Positions 47,633-57,605 of a stretch of 64,000 nt of DNA are shown one piece after another; the first letter of the stretch is position 1; the number at the start of each line of letters is the position of its first letter. The DNA comes from an uncultured Lachnospiraceae bacterium (lineage in GTDB: Bacteria; Bacillota; Clostridia; Lachnospirales; Lachnospiraceae), in contig CAMNCH010000001.1 in the NCBI GenBank assembly GCA_946534145.1, forward strand, positions 32,089 through 96,088, read 5' to 3'. Below the pieces are notes generated by a model. It was given only the letters and a program-made list of their open reading frames with translations, searched no databases and was not told the origin of the DNA. The position numbers and the translations under genes were made by a program.

Positions 47633-48001
47633 ATGAGAAAGAACAGTATAAAGAACATCCGCATCAATGAGGAAGTTTACAGAGAACTTGCCAACATTGT
47701 TCGCGGCGAAATAAAGGACCCCCGCATCAGCCCCCTCACCAGTGTGGTGGCTGTGGAGGTGGCTCCGGACTTAAAGACCTGTAAGGCGTACATAAGCGTT
47801 CTCGGCGACGAGGAAGCCAGAAAATCAACCTACCAGGGCTTAAAGAGCGCGGAAGGATTCATAAGAAGCCAGCTTGCCAAGCGCATCAACCTTCGCAATA
47901 CTCCCGCAATAACCTTTATTATGGATAATTCCATAGAGTATGGCGTTAACATGTCTAAACTTATAGAGGATGTAAATAAAACAAATGGTGAATCTGAGTA
48001 A
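47633..48001 (+). CDS. rbfA: Ribosome-binding factor A
   Basis: EIKDPRI, DLKTCKAYISV, GFIRSQLAKRINLRNTP. Confidence 0.96.
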   Translation: MRKNSIKNIRINEEVYRELANIVRGEIKDPRISPLTSVVAVEVAPDLKTCKAYISVLGDEEARKSTYQGLKSAEGFIRSQLAKRINLRNTPAITFIMDNSIEYGVNMSKLIEDVNKTNGESE

Positions 48002-48929
48002 GGAACTTGAAAACGCAAAGACCATCGGCATAAGTGGTCATATCAGACCCGACGGAGACTGTATAGGCTCCGTTATGGGTCTGTTTTTGTACATCAAAAA
48101 AACAAAACCCGACGCATCGGTTCATGTTTTTTTGGAAGAGCCCGCAGACATTTTTTCCTGCATTAAGGACATTGATGAGATAGAAGATGCAAAAGACTGC
48201 CACGAGGATTTCGACATTTTCTTTTGCCTTGACTGTGACAAGACAAGGCTTGGGGAAGCGGAGAGATTGTTTGACAGCGCCCGCACTACCATTAACATCG
48301 ACCATCATGTATCCAATCCCGGCTGCGGCGATTACAACTACATAGTACCCAAAGCATCCAGCGCCAGCGAGCTGGTCTACGACCTTCTTGACAAAGAATA
48401 CGTGGACCGTGACATTGCCATGGCTTTATACATCGGCATTATTCATGATACCGGTGTGATGCAGTATTCCAATACTTCACCCAAGACCGTACGAATCGTT
48501 GCGGACCTTTTGGAGTTTGGATTTGACTTTCCGAGACTTATTGACGAAACCTTCTACGAGAAGACTTATATGCAGACTCAGATTGCAGCTCAGGTTTTGT
48601 CGGAGTGCAAGCTTTTCTGTGATGGCAAGGTTGCCTTTGGTAACGTGACCAAAGAAACCATGGAGGCCTTCGGCGCCAAGTCTCACGACCTTGACGGTAT
48701 CGTCAACCAGCTTCGCCTTATTAAGGGCGTTGAAGTGGGCATGTTTATGTACGAACTGCCCACCGGCGAGCAGAAGGTAAGCCTTCGCTCCAGAAGCTAC
48801 GTCAATGTAGCCAAGGTCTGCGAAACCTTCAAAGGCGGCGGCCACGTAAGAGCTGCAGGCTGCACGGTTTCCATGGATGTGGATACGGCTCTTTCATCAA
48901 TCCTTAAATGCATTGAGGAACAAATTTAA
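47985..48929 (+). CDS. nrnA: DHH/DHHA1 phosphoesterase (nanoRNase/pAp phosphatase)
   Basis: HIRPDGDCIGS, IDHH, DTG, GGGHVRAAG; synteny. Confidence 0.9.
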   Translation: MVNLSKELENAKTIGISGHIRPDGDCIGSVMGLFLYIKKTKPDASVHVFLEEPADIFSCIKDIDEIEDAKDCHEDFDIFFCLDCDKTRLGEAERLFDSARTTINIDHHVSNPGCGDYNYIVPKASSASELVYDLLDKEYVDRDIAMALYIGIIHDTGVMQYSNTSPKTVRIVADLLEFGFDFPRLIDETFYEKTYMQTQIAAQVLSECKLFCDGKVAFGNVTKETMEAFGAKSHDLDGIVNQLRLIKGVEVGMFMYELPTGEQKVSLRSRSYVNVAKVCETFKGGGHVRAAGCTVSMDVDTALSSILKCIEEQI

Positions 48930-48932
48930 TAT

Positions 48933-49835
48933 ATGCTTAACGGAATTATTAATGTTTACAAAGAACGGGGCTTTACTTCTTTTGACGTGTGCGCACTCAT
49001 GAGAGGCATAGCCGGACAGAAAAAAGTTGGACACACAGGCACCCTTGACCCTCAGGCCGAGGGTGTTCTTCCGATTTGCCTCGGAAACGCCACCAGGCTC
49101 TGCGATATGCTGACCGACAAGACCAAGGAGTATGTGGCTGAATTTGTGTTGGGCAAAAAAACGGATACTCTCGATATCTGGGGAACGGTTCTTGAGGAGA
49201 GAGAGCCCGTTGTGTCGGAAGATAAGCTTAGAGAGGCGATTCTTTCTTTTGTGGGAGGATACGAGCAGTTACCGCCCATGTACTCTGCCAAAAAGGTGGA
49301 CGGAAAACGTTTATACGACCTTGCCCGCACCGGCAAAGAAGTGACCAGAAAGCCTGTATTCGTAGACATTCATGAAATAGAAATTTTAAATATCGATTAT
49401 CCCAAAGTTACCATTCGGGTAAGATGCGGTAAAGGCACCTACATCAGAAGCCTGTGCGAAGATATAGCCGCCAAAGCAGGGGAACCGGCATGCATGACTT
49501 CTCTTAAGAGAACAAGGGTGGCAGCGTTTACTGCCGACAAGGCTCTGACTTTAAAAGACCTGCAGGATTTAAAGGACAAAGGCCTTCTTTCTACGGCAGT
49601 ACTTCCTACGGATTCGGCTTTCCCCGACTATGAGGCGCTGACGGTAAAAAAAGATTTCAGAAAGCTTATAGATAACGGCAACAAACTGTCTTTAAGTATG
49701 ATTGACGGAAAACAGAATTTAAACGAAGGGGAAATCGTCAGAATATATAATGACGAAAAGGTCTTTACAGGCTTATATTTATTTGTGAAGGCTGAAAATT
49801 GCCTTAAGCCCTTTAAAATGTTCATGGGTGAGTAA
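48933..49835 (+). CDS. truB: tRNA pseudouridine-55 synthase
   Basis: KVGHTGTLDP, QLPPMYSAKK..GKRLY.LAR, KGTYIRSL. Confidence 0.97.
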   Translation: MLNGIINVYKERGFTSFDVCALMRGIAGQKKVGHTGTLDPQAEGVLPICLGNATRLCDMLTDKTKEYVAEFVLGKKTDTLDIWGTVLEEREPVVSEDKLREAILSFVGGYEQLPPMYSAKKVDGKRLYDLARTGKEVTRKPVFVDIHEIEILNIDYPKVTIRVRCGKGTYIRSLCEDIAAKAGEPACMTSLKRTRVAAFTADKALTLKDLQDLKDKGLLSTAVLPTDSAFPDYEALTVKKDFRKLIDNGNKLSLSMIDGKQNLNEGEIVRIYNDEKVFTGLYLFVKAENCLKPFKMFMGE

Positions 49836-50378
49836 ATGACGATATTAGACGGACTCAGTGAAATAGAATATTCGGGGAAGACCAGAGTGGTAATCGGCAA
49901 GTTTGACGGTATTCATGCCGGTCATCAGAAGCTTATCCGCACCGCCACTTCTCATAAGGATTCCCTTAAATCCGTGGTCTTTACTTTTACCTTTGCGTCG
50001 GAAGTTTACCTTAACAATGTTTCGAGGATTCTTACCGAAGAGGAACGCAGGTCCAAATTTGAAAGTCTCGGCATCGACTACCTTGTGGAATATGAGTTAA
50101 ACGATACCACTGCCAGGATGGAGCCTGAAGAGTTTATAAGGGTTGTGTTACAGCAAAGACTTCATGCTGCGGAGATTATCTGCGGGCCTGATATTACCTT
50201 CGGTTACAAAGGACGCGGTAATCTCGATCTTTTAAAGAGCATGGAATCTGAAACCGGTATTAAAGTATCTGTTATAGATAAAGTCAAGTACATGGGGCAG
50301 GATATTTCCTCCACACGTATCAGAGAAGCCATTAAAAACGGTAACCTGCGTGATGCAGAAAATATGTTGAGAGGTTAA
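49836..50378 (+). CDS. ribF: RibF N-terminal FMN adenylyltransferase (FAD synthetase) domain only; riboflavin kinase domain absent
   Basis: GKFDGIHAGHQ, G.D..FG..G.G, ISSTRIRE...G......MLRG then stop; no GFPTAN kinase motif follows. Confidence 0.85.
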   Translation: MTILDGLSEIEYSGKTRVVIGKFDGIHAGHQKLIRTATSHKDSLKSVVFTFTFASEVYLNNVSRILTEEERRSKFESLGIDYLVEYELNDTTARMEPEEFIRVVLQQRLHAAEIICGPDITFGYKGRGNLDLLKSMESETGIKVSVIDKVKYMGQDISSTRIREAIKNGNLRDAENMLRG

Positions 50379-50380
50379 CT

Positions 50381-52018
50381 ATGGAGATTACCATAATTCT
50401 TACTTTACTCGGCGGACTGGGGCTATTCCTCTACGGAATGAGAGTCATGAGCGACAGCATTGAGGCTTTTGCCGGCGCCAGACTTCGTGGCATACTGGAA
50501 AAACTTACCACCAACCGCTTCATGGGCATTCTGGTGGGCCTTATATTTACAGCTACCATTCAGTCGTCATCTGCATGTACGGTTATGGTAGTCAGCTTTG
50601 TTAACTCCGGACTTATGAATCTTACTCAGGCGGCCGGAGTCATCTTTGGTTCAAATATCGGTACTACGGTTACCGCTCTTTTAGTTTCCTTTAAGTTAGA
50701 AAAAATCGCTCCCCTTATTTTATTTGCAGGCGTTGCAATCGTAATGTTCTGTAAAAAAGCGAAAGTTAATAAATTTGCGGAAATTATCATCGGTTTCGGT
50801 GTTTTGTTCATGGGCCTTAGCTCCATGTCGGCTTCCATGGGCACCATGAGAGAATCCGAGGCTGTTTTAAACATGTTTTCAAGCTTAAGAAGCCCCATTC
50901 TTGCAGTTCTTCTGGGTCTTGTTATCACCGCTGTGGTGCAGAGTTCTTCGGTAGTGGTATCCATCATGGTACTTTTGGCCAATCAAGGACTTATGGGACT
51001 TGATATTTGCATGTATATAACCCTTGGTTCCAACATCGGTGCTTGTACTTCCGCGGTTCTTGCTTCTTTAAACGGTAAAAAAGATGCAAAACGTGCGGCT
51101 GCCATTCACGTATTATTCAACATTATCGGTACGGTTCTTATGTTCTTTGCCTTTGCTCTGGATGTTGAGGGCTTCGTAAAGGTTATGAGCAAGATAGCCG
51201 GCAATGATGCGGGTCGAGTTGTAGCGTTCTCGCATCTGGCTATTAAGGTGATTCAGGTTATAGTAATGACGCCCTTCATCGGCGGTATTGTTAAGCTTAC
51301 GAAGATAATTGTTCCCGGCGAAGAGCAGAAGGTCGGTTACAGAGAGAACTTCAAGCTTAAATACATCGGTGACAACGTTGTCCTCAACCCCGCTACCGCA
51401 GTGGTAGAAGTTATCAACGAGGTTGACCGTATGGCCAGTCTTGCGGGGGAGAACTTAAACCGCGCCATGAATGCTTTGATTACCCTCGATCAGGAGGATA
51501 TAGACGAGGTATACAAGGTGGAAGAGAACATCAACTTCTTGAACCACGCCATTACCAATTACCTTGTTAAGATTAACCAGACCACCCTTCCCATCGAAGA
51601 CTTAAAGTCCATAGGTAATCTGTTCCACGTAGTTAACGATATCGAGCGTATCGGCGACCATGCGGAGAATGTGGCCGATGCCGCCAAACAGCGCATAGAG
51701 ACAGGCGTAACCATTTCCAAAGAAGCTCAGAAAGAACTTGGTCAGATGCTTGACATGGTCAACGAAATTTATCGTCTGGCCACCGAAACCTTTAAGACCG
51801 GCAGAGACACCAATATTGACAAGGTTACGGAACTTGAGGACAAAATCGACGATATGGAGAGACAGCTTCAGGCCAATCACGTTGCCCGTCTTACCCGCAA
51901 CGAATGTACTCCCGAAGCCGGCATGATCTTCTCGGATGTAGTATCGGGACTTGAGCGTGTGGCGGACCACTCCACCAATATTGCCTACTCAATTTTAAAG
52001 GACAATGAAGTAGCATAA
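50381..52018 (+). CDS. Na+/Pi cotransporter (NptA-like) with C-terminal PhoU-like repeats
   Basis: GGLGLFLYGM, two QSSS repeats, G.NIG motifs, DIERIGDHAEN and LERVADHSTN. Confidence 0.93.
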   Translation: MEITIILTLLGGLGLFLYGMRVMSDSIEAFAGARLRGILEKLTTNRFMGILVGLIFTATIQSSSACTVMVVSFVNSGLMNLTQAAGVIFGSNIGTTVTALLVSFKLEKIAPLILFAGVAIVMFCKKAKVNKFAEIIIGFGVLFMGLSSMSASMGTMRESEAVLNMFSSLRSPILAVLLGLVITAVVQSSSVVVSIMVLLANQGLMGLDICMYITLGSNIGACTSAVLASLNGKKDAKRAAAIHVLFNIIGTVLMFFAFALDVEGFVKVMSKIAGNDAGRVVAFSHLAIKVIQVIVMTPFIGGIVKLTKIIVPGEEQKVGYRENFKLKYIGDNVVLNPATAVVEVINEVDRMASLAGENLNRAMNALITLDQEDIDEVYKVEENINFLNHAITNYLVKINQTTLPIEDLKSIGNLFHVVNDIERIGDHAENVADAAKQRIETGVTISKEAQKELGQMLDMVNEIYRLATETFKTGRDTNIDKVTELEDKIDDMERQLQANHVARLTRNECTPEAGMIFSDVVSGLERVADHSTNIAYSILKDNEVA

Positions 52019-52031
52019 TTATCAGCATGAT

Positions 52032-52061
52032 AAAAGCCCATGGCGACTGCCATGGGCTTTT
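52032..52061. terminator. Bidirectional terminator between convergent genes
   Basis: AAAAGCCCATGGC-GACT-GCCATGGGCTTTT perfect palindrome. Confidence 0.9.
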
Positions 52062-52075
52062 GTGATTTCTGTTAT

Positions 52076-53983
52076 TTACCAGATGCTGATACGCTTCTCC
52101 GGTGCAATGTACATTTGATCCTTATCCGTTACGTCAAAGGCTTCGTACCATTCACTGAAGTTTCTGGGAGACATATTGGCACGAAGAACAGCGGGAGAGT
52201 GGACGTCGTTGGCAAGAAGCAGCTGAATGTATTCTTCTTTGGCCTTAACGCACCATACTCTTGCCCAGTTCATGAAGTATTCTTTGAAGTTCGCATTGTC
52301 GAGGGTGTGCATAATCTCAAGGGTTACGCCCATGCCACCGTTATCGGCAATATTCTCGCTTACGGTAAGTTCACCGTTAACCTTGCCGCCGTGGAACTCA
52401 ATTCCGTCGAACTGTTCAATCATATCTTTCGTAAGTTCTTTGAAGGCCTTAAAGTCTTCTTCAAGCCACCAGTTTTTAAGATTACCGTTTTCATCGAAAT
52501 TGGCACCGTTATTGTCAAAAGCATGAGAAATCTCATGGCCGATTACCGCACCGATACCGCCGAGGTTCTCGCTTACGCTCTGAGACAGAGAGTAGAAGGG
52601 CTTCTGTAAGATGGCTGCAGGGAATGTAATATCATTGCTGGAAGGATTGTAGCAGGCATTTACCATGTGACCGGGCATTACCCATTCGGTACGGTCTACG
52701 GGTTTATTAAGCCTGTCCAGCATATCCTTCTTTTTGACTGCTCTGATTTTATTTACCGACTCATATAAAGAATCATCCTCATCAAACACAAGTCTTGACC
52801 AGATTTCTCTGATTTCGTCGGGATAACCCATTTTTACCACGATGGTGGAAAGCTTTTTGATGGCCTGTTCCTTGGTGGATTCCTGAAGGAAGGTGTTCTT
52901 TTTCATCCTTAACTTGTAGGTATCGATAATCTTGTGAACAAGGCTTACAACGTCTTTTTTGGCTTCTTCGCCGAAGTAGGTTCTGCCGTAGTATACTCCA
53001 ACGGGTTCAGAGTAGAAAGAAGAAGCAATCTGATAGGCTTCTTTTTCAAGAATAGGGTCGGATACCACGCCGGTAAGGGCTCTTCTGTAGGTGGAGCCCA
53101 GGGTTTTAAGCTCAAGGGAAAGGCATGCGGTAGCCTTTACAAGGGTCTTTACATAGAGCCAGTGAACGTAAAGCTTAAAGTTCTCGGAAGAGAAGTAGCC
53201 ATTCATTTCCTTGATGGCCTTGGGGTCGTATGCAATCAATACCTTGGGAGCATTGTCGCCGTACAAATCCGTAAGAAGCTTCTTAATGTCAAAAGGAGCT
53301 ACGCAGGCTGCCACTTCATCCACATCCATGGGGTTGTGGTTTTTGTAGTATTCGGACCACTCAAGCTGACTCTTAACCTTCCCCGCTATAAGAGCATCAT
53401 AGGCTAGGGTATCTTCGAGGAAAGTTTTCTGCTCGTCCTCGGATAAGGGGGAAAACTTAAGAATCTTTTCAGCCATGTCTTTGTAGACACCCAATAGCTT
53501 TTTGCCGGACTCATTGCCTTCTTCGTAGAAGGGAGTATCGGGCAGGATAATTGCGGGACCGGTGAGAAGGAAGGAGTGCTTGGTAGCATCCGCCATATCC
53601 ACGTCTACGTCCATATCAATGGGAAGAGAGAGTCCCTGTAAAAAGAACTCTGCAGAGACTTTGTTAAGGTCTTCGGGAGTTTCAAGGAACTTTATTTTTT
53701 CAAGAAGGGGAAGGACAGGGGCAATGCCTTCGCGATTTCTTCTTTCTGCGTCAAGCACCTTTTTGTAAAGGGAGATAGCGTAACGCATTTCGGGTATGTC
53801 GGTAGACTTGGTGCCTTCGGAAAAGGCTTTAAAGTCTGCCATCATGGTCTTTTCCACTTCCTGTGCAAGGGTGGAAAATCCGCCTGTGGTGGGTCTGTCA
53901 TCGGGAATTACGGCTGTTTTGAGCCATTCCCCATTTACGGCCTCGTAGAGGTCGTCCTGAATTCTGACTGTTGTTTCACTCAT
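52076..53983 (-). CDS. pepO: M13-family oligoendopeptidase
   Basis: DLYEAVNGEW, VNACY, FPAAILQ, HEISH, ENIAD; no signal peptide. Confidence 0.93.
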   Translation of the reverse strand: MSETTVRIQDDLYEAVNGEWLKTAVIPDDRPTTGGFSTLAQEVEKTMMADFKAFSEGTKSTDIPEMRYAISLYKKVLDAERRNREGIAPVLPLLEKIKFLETPEDLNKVSAEFFLQGLSLPIDMDVDVDMADATKHSFLLTGPAIILPDTPFYEEGNESGKKLLGVYKDMAEKILKFSPLSEDEQKTFLEDTLAYDALIAGKVKSQLEWSEYYKNHNPMDVDEVAACVAPFDIKKLLTDLYGDNAPKVLIAYDPKAIKEMNGYFSSENFKLYVHWLYVKTLVKATACLSLELKTLGSTYRRALTGVVSDPILEKEAYQIASSFYSEPVGVYYGRTYFGEEAKKDVVSLVHKIIDTYKLRMKKNTFLQESTKEQAIKKLSTIVVKMGYPDEIREIWSRLVFDEDDSLYESVNKIRAVKKKDMLDRLNKPVDRTEWVMPGHMVNACYNPSSNDITFPAAILQKPFYSLSQSVSENLGGIGAVIGHEISHAFDNNGANFDENGNLKNWWLEEDFKAFKELTKDMIEQFDGIEFHGGKVNGELTVSENIADNGGMGVTLEIMHTLDNANFKEYFMNWARVWCVKAKEEYIQLLLANDVHSPAVLRANMSPRNFSEWYEAFDVTDKDQMYIAPEKRISIW

Positions 53984-54010
53984 AAAATGTATCCTTTCTC
54001 AATATTTATA

Positions 54011-55738
54011 TTATTTTGAATTAAGCATGCTGTAGTAGAAGCCCTGTGCACGAACCAGTTCTTCGTGAGTGCCCTGCTCAATAATGTTACCGTCCTTCAT
54101 AACAAGGATTAAGTCTGCATTGCGGATGGTAGATAGGCGATGAGCTACTATAAAGCTGGTGCGGCCTTCCATAAGGGTCTGGAATGCCTTGGTGATACGG
54201 ATCTCCGTACGGGTATCGATGGAGGACGTAGCCTCGTCCAGTATCAGTATGGGCGGTATAGAGAGCATCAGTCTTGCTATACAAAGAAGCTGCTTCTGAC
54301 CTGCTGAGAGATTGCCGCCGTCGGGAGCTATCATGGTATCGTAGCCGTTTTCAAGCCTTGAAATAAAGCTGTGAGCGTGGGCTTTTTTCGCCGCCTCCAC
54401 AATTTCATCACGGGTGGCATCGGGCTTACCGTAAGCTATGTTTTCGGCGATGGTAGCGGACTTAAGCCAGGTTTCCTGAAGCACCATACCGATGTTTTTG
54501 CGAAGTACAGCCTTTTTGATGGAATCGGAGCGGTGACCATCGTAAAGTATCTCTCCGGCATCAGGTTCAAAGAAACGCATCAAAAGGTTAATAAACGTAG
54601 TCTTGCCGCATCCGGTAGGTCCCACAATGGCTATGTGACTGCCGGGCTCTACATGGAAGTTAATATCGTATAAAAGCTTTTTTGACTTATCGTAACTGAA
54701 GCACAGATCTTTAATATCGATTTCGCCTTTAAACTCGGTAACGTGAGACTCGCTTGTTATTACATCCACGGTATTGTCCGCATCCAGAAACTCAAAGATT
54801 CTGCCTGCGCAGGCAACCGCGTTCTGGAACTCCGTGGCAACGCCGGATATTTCATTGAAAGGTTTGGTGTACTGACTCGCATAGCTTAAAAAGCAGGAGA
54901 GAGTACCGATGGTAATACGCCCCGCAATACCTAAGAATCCGCCCAGAATCGCAACGCCGGTATATACAAGGCCGTTTACGAATCGTGTGGAGGGATTCGT
55001 GATGGAACTGTAGAAGAGGGACTTAAGGTTAACGCGGGCATATTCGTCAGTAAGTTTGGAAAATTTGCCCGCTTCTCTTTCTTTGGCATCAAAGGCGGTA
55101 ATGAGTCTTACGGCGCCCACGGTTTCGTTTATGAAAGCGGTGAGGCTGCCCTGAAGCGCCGCCTGCTTTTTGAAGTGTTTGTAGGTCTTCCTTGAGATAA
55201 AAGAAGCCGTAAACAAGGAAAGAGGCGTAAGCAGTATTACCACAAGAGCCATCCAGCCGTTAATGGTAAGCATAAACACAAGGGTGGCTATGATGGTCAA
55301 AACCCCCGTAAACAACTGGGAAAATCCGAGAAGCAGACCATCCGATAAACGCTCCACATCTGAAATAAGGCGGCTCAAAATGTCTCCGTGGCCCTTGGTA
55401 TCAAGGTAGAAGACCGCAACGCCGTGAAGCTTGTTAAACAGCCTGTTTCTTAAGTCGTGAACTATCTTAAAGGTAACTCTGTTGTTGATAAGAGTCATAA
55501 TCCAGGTGGCAAATCCGTTGATAAGGAGCATAACCAGGAACAGCGTAAGAATATGCCTTACGGCTTCAAAAGAAACCTGTCCGGCACCTATCATCTCATC
55601 GATTGCCCGTCCCGTAAGCACCGGAATGTAAAGGGACGAAAAAACGCTTGCCGCAGCCAGAAGAAGGGACAGCACAATAAAGAACATATGAGGCTTTACA
55701 AGACGCAGGATTCTTAAATAAATGTTTTTGTTTTTCAC
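54011..55738 (-). CDS. ABC exporter subunit (TMD+NBD), consensus Walker B half of a heterodimer
   Basis: GPTGCGKTT, LSAGQKQL, ILDEATSSID, VAHR. Confidence 0.93.
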   Translation of the reverse strand: MKNKNIYLRILRLVKPHMFFIVLSLLLAAASVFSSLYIPVLTGRAIDEMIGAGQVSFEAVRHILTLFLVMLLINGFATWIMTLINNRVTFKIVHDLRNRLFNKLHGVAVFYLDTKGHGDILSRLISDVERLSDGLLLGFSQLFTGVLTIIATLVFMLTINGWMALVVILLTPLSLFTASFISRKTYKHFKKQAALQGSLTAFINETVGAVRLITAFDAKEREAGKFSKLTDEYARVNLKSLFYSSITNPSTRFVNGLVYTGVAILGGFLGIAGRITIGTLSCFLSYASQYTKPFNEISGVATEFQNAVACAGRIFEFLDADNTVDVITSESHVTEFKGEIDIKDLCFSYDKSKKLLYDINFHVEPGSHIAIVGPTGCGKTTFINLLMRFFEPDAGEILYDGHRSDSIKKAVLRKNIGMVLQETWLKSATIAENIAYGKPDATRDEIVEAAKKAHAHSFISRLENGYDTMIAPDGGNLSAGQKQLLCIARLMLSIPPILILDEATSSIDTRTEIRITKAFQTLMEGRTSFIVAHRLSTIRNADLILVMKDGNIIEQGTHEELVRAQGFYYSMLNSK

Positions 55739-57465
55739 AGCGTTTCCTCCTCATTTGATTTTTGTGACTCGCAGATTTCACGGTACACCGCAGACTTTTC
55801 ATAAAGTTCCGCGTGAGTACCGATGCTGTCAAGGTTGCCGTCGTCGAGGACGATTATTTTGTCCGCATCTTTGATGGATACGATTCGCTGGGATATTATA
55901 AATACCGTATTGCCGAGGCTCTTTAAATTCTTCCTGAGGGTTGAATCGGTGGCGTAGTCAAGGGCGCTGGAGGAATCGTCAAGCACGATTACTTCGGCAC
56001 CTTTAACAAGGGCTCTGGCAATTGTGAGTCTTTGTTTCTGACCTCCCGACAGGTTGGAACCGCCTTCGGTTATGGCAAAATCAAGACCCTGACCTTTGGC
56101 CATAACCACGTTGTCGGCCACCGCCATATTAACTGCCTTAAGCATAGCCTCCTCGGTAGCCTGCGGATTGGCAAAAAGAAGATTGTCTCTTAAAGTGCCA
56201 CTGAATAACTGGGCACGCTGCGGTACCAGCGAGAAAACCGAGCGAAGAGAAGAAAGAGCAATATCTTTAACGTTAACACCGTTATAAAGAATCTCGCCGT
56301 TTGAAACATCATAAAAGCGCATCAGAAGGTTGATTACGGTTGATTTACCGGAACCTGTACCGCCTATGATACCCACGGTTTCGCCTTTCCTGACACTGAA
56401 ATTAACGTTATTTAACGAATTGTCACCGGCACCCGGATAGGCAAAAGAAACATTCTTAAACTCAAGTATGTTTTCTTTGGAAGGAATATCCTTAAGTGTA
56501 AGTGTGCCTTCATCCTTAAGAGCGTTTGAAAGCTCAAACGTTGCGGAAATACGGGAAGCGGAAGCCAGAGACTTGTTGATGGTAATAAAAAGATTGGCAA
56601 GCTTAACAAGCTCAACGAGTATCTGGGACATGTAATTGACAAGGGCGTATACTTCACCGCTTGTAAGGATGCCCGAATCCACCAGCTGAGCACCGTTTGC
56701 TATAAGAATGAGCATGGCAACGTTCACTATTATAAGTGTCAGAGGGTTGAGGAGAGTGGATATTCTGGAAGTCACCACCGAGAGGCGAAAGAACTTATCG
56801 TTTTCGTCGGTGAATTCTTTTTTCTCGCTGTCGCCTCTGGAAAAAGCACGGATAACTCTGGCACCCGTAAGGTTTTCCCTGATGTGACCGGTAAGTCTGT
56901 CAAGAGACCCCTGAATGCGCTTGTACATGGGAATGGTAATAAGGGTGATGCAGAATACCGCAACAAACAAAACAGGTATTACCACCACAAAAATAAGCGC
57001 CGCTTTAACGTTAATGGTAAAGGCCATTATCATGGCACCGAACACTACGAAGGGAGAGCGAAGGAACAGACGCAAGAACATGTTGACACCGTTCTGGGCG
57101 GTGTTAATGTCATTGGTCATGCGGGTAATTAAAGAAGAGGTCCCTACGGAATCCACATTTTCATAAGAAAATCCCAGAATTTTGTCATAGAGGGAATTTC
57201 TGACTCCGGTGGCAAAACCGATGGCGGCTTTGGCGGAAAAATACTGGGCAATCAGGGCGCATACAAGGCCGATGATTCCGAGAGACACGAGTATAACTGC
57301 ACTTTGCCAGATAACATCTTTGTTACCTTTCTTAATGCCTTCGTCGATTATTCTTTTGATTACAAGGGGAACGAAAAGTTCAAAGAGCGCTTCAAGCATT
57401 TTAAATGCGGGAGCGATGACACATTCTTTCCTGTAGGGTTTCAGATATTTTAAAAGTTTTTTCAT
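55735..57465 (-). CDS. ABC exporter subunit (TMD+NBD), degenerate half of a heterodimer
   Basis: GGTGSGKST, LSGGQKQR, VLDDSSSALD, ISQR (Glu and His replaced). Confidence 0.93.
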   Translation of the reverse strand: MKKLLKYLKPYRKECVIAPAFKMLEALFELFVPLVIKRIIDEGIKKGNKDVIWQSAVILVSLGIIGLVCALIAQYFSAKAAIGFATGVRNSLYDKILGFSYENVDSVGTSSLITRMTNDINTAQNGVNMFLRLFLRSPFVVFGAMIMAFTINVKAALIFVVVIPVLFVAVFCITLITIPMYKRIQGSLDRLTGHIRENLTGARVIRAFSRGDSEKKEFTDENDKFFRLSVVTSRISTLLNPLTLIIVNVAMLILIANGAQLVDSGILTSGEVYALVNYMSQILVELVKLANLFITINKSLASASRISATFELSNALKDEGTLTLKDIPSKENILEFKNVSFAYPGAGDNSLNNVNFSVRKGETVGIIGGTGSGKSTVINLLMRFYDVSNGEILYNGVNVKDIALSSLRSVFSLVPQRAQLFSGTLRDNLLFANPQATEEAMLKAVNMAVADNVVMAKGQGLDFAITEGGSNLSGGQKQRLTIARALVKGAEVIVLDDSSSALDYATDSTLRKNLKSLGNTVFIISQRIVSIKDADKIIVLDDGNLDSIGTHAELYEKSAVYREICESQKSNEEETL

Positions 57466-57605
57466 GGAAGAAACTCCGCTTAATTATTTCAATTCAGTAT
57501 ACACTATGGACAAAAATAATTAAACCATTTATAATCCTCAATGCTGTGTTTTTTGCGGAGAATGGTTTCCGCAAGGTACAGAGGTTAAGGAATAGGAGAA
57601 TTTAT

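Noticed and set aside
50379-50800. Frameshifted riboflavin kinase domain after ribF
   Set aside because: The sequence immediately encodes a full-length Na/Pi cotransporter N-terminus; no G..G..GR...PTAN motif was seen in other frames.
54-57605. Longer ORF-track starts at 54, 5868, 9712, 16025, 17448, 20894, 29477, 32432, 38050 and 57546
   Set aside because: RBS position and family N-termini favour the downstream ATGs reported; several extensions overlap terminators or upstream genes.
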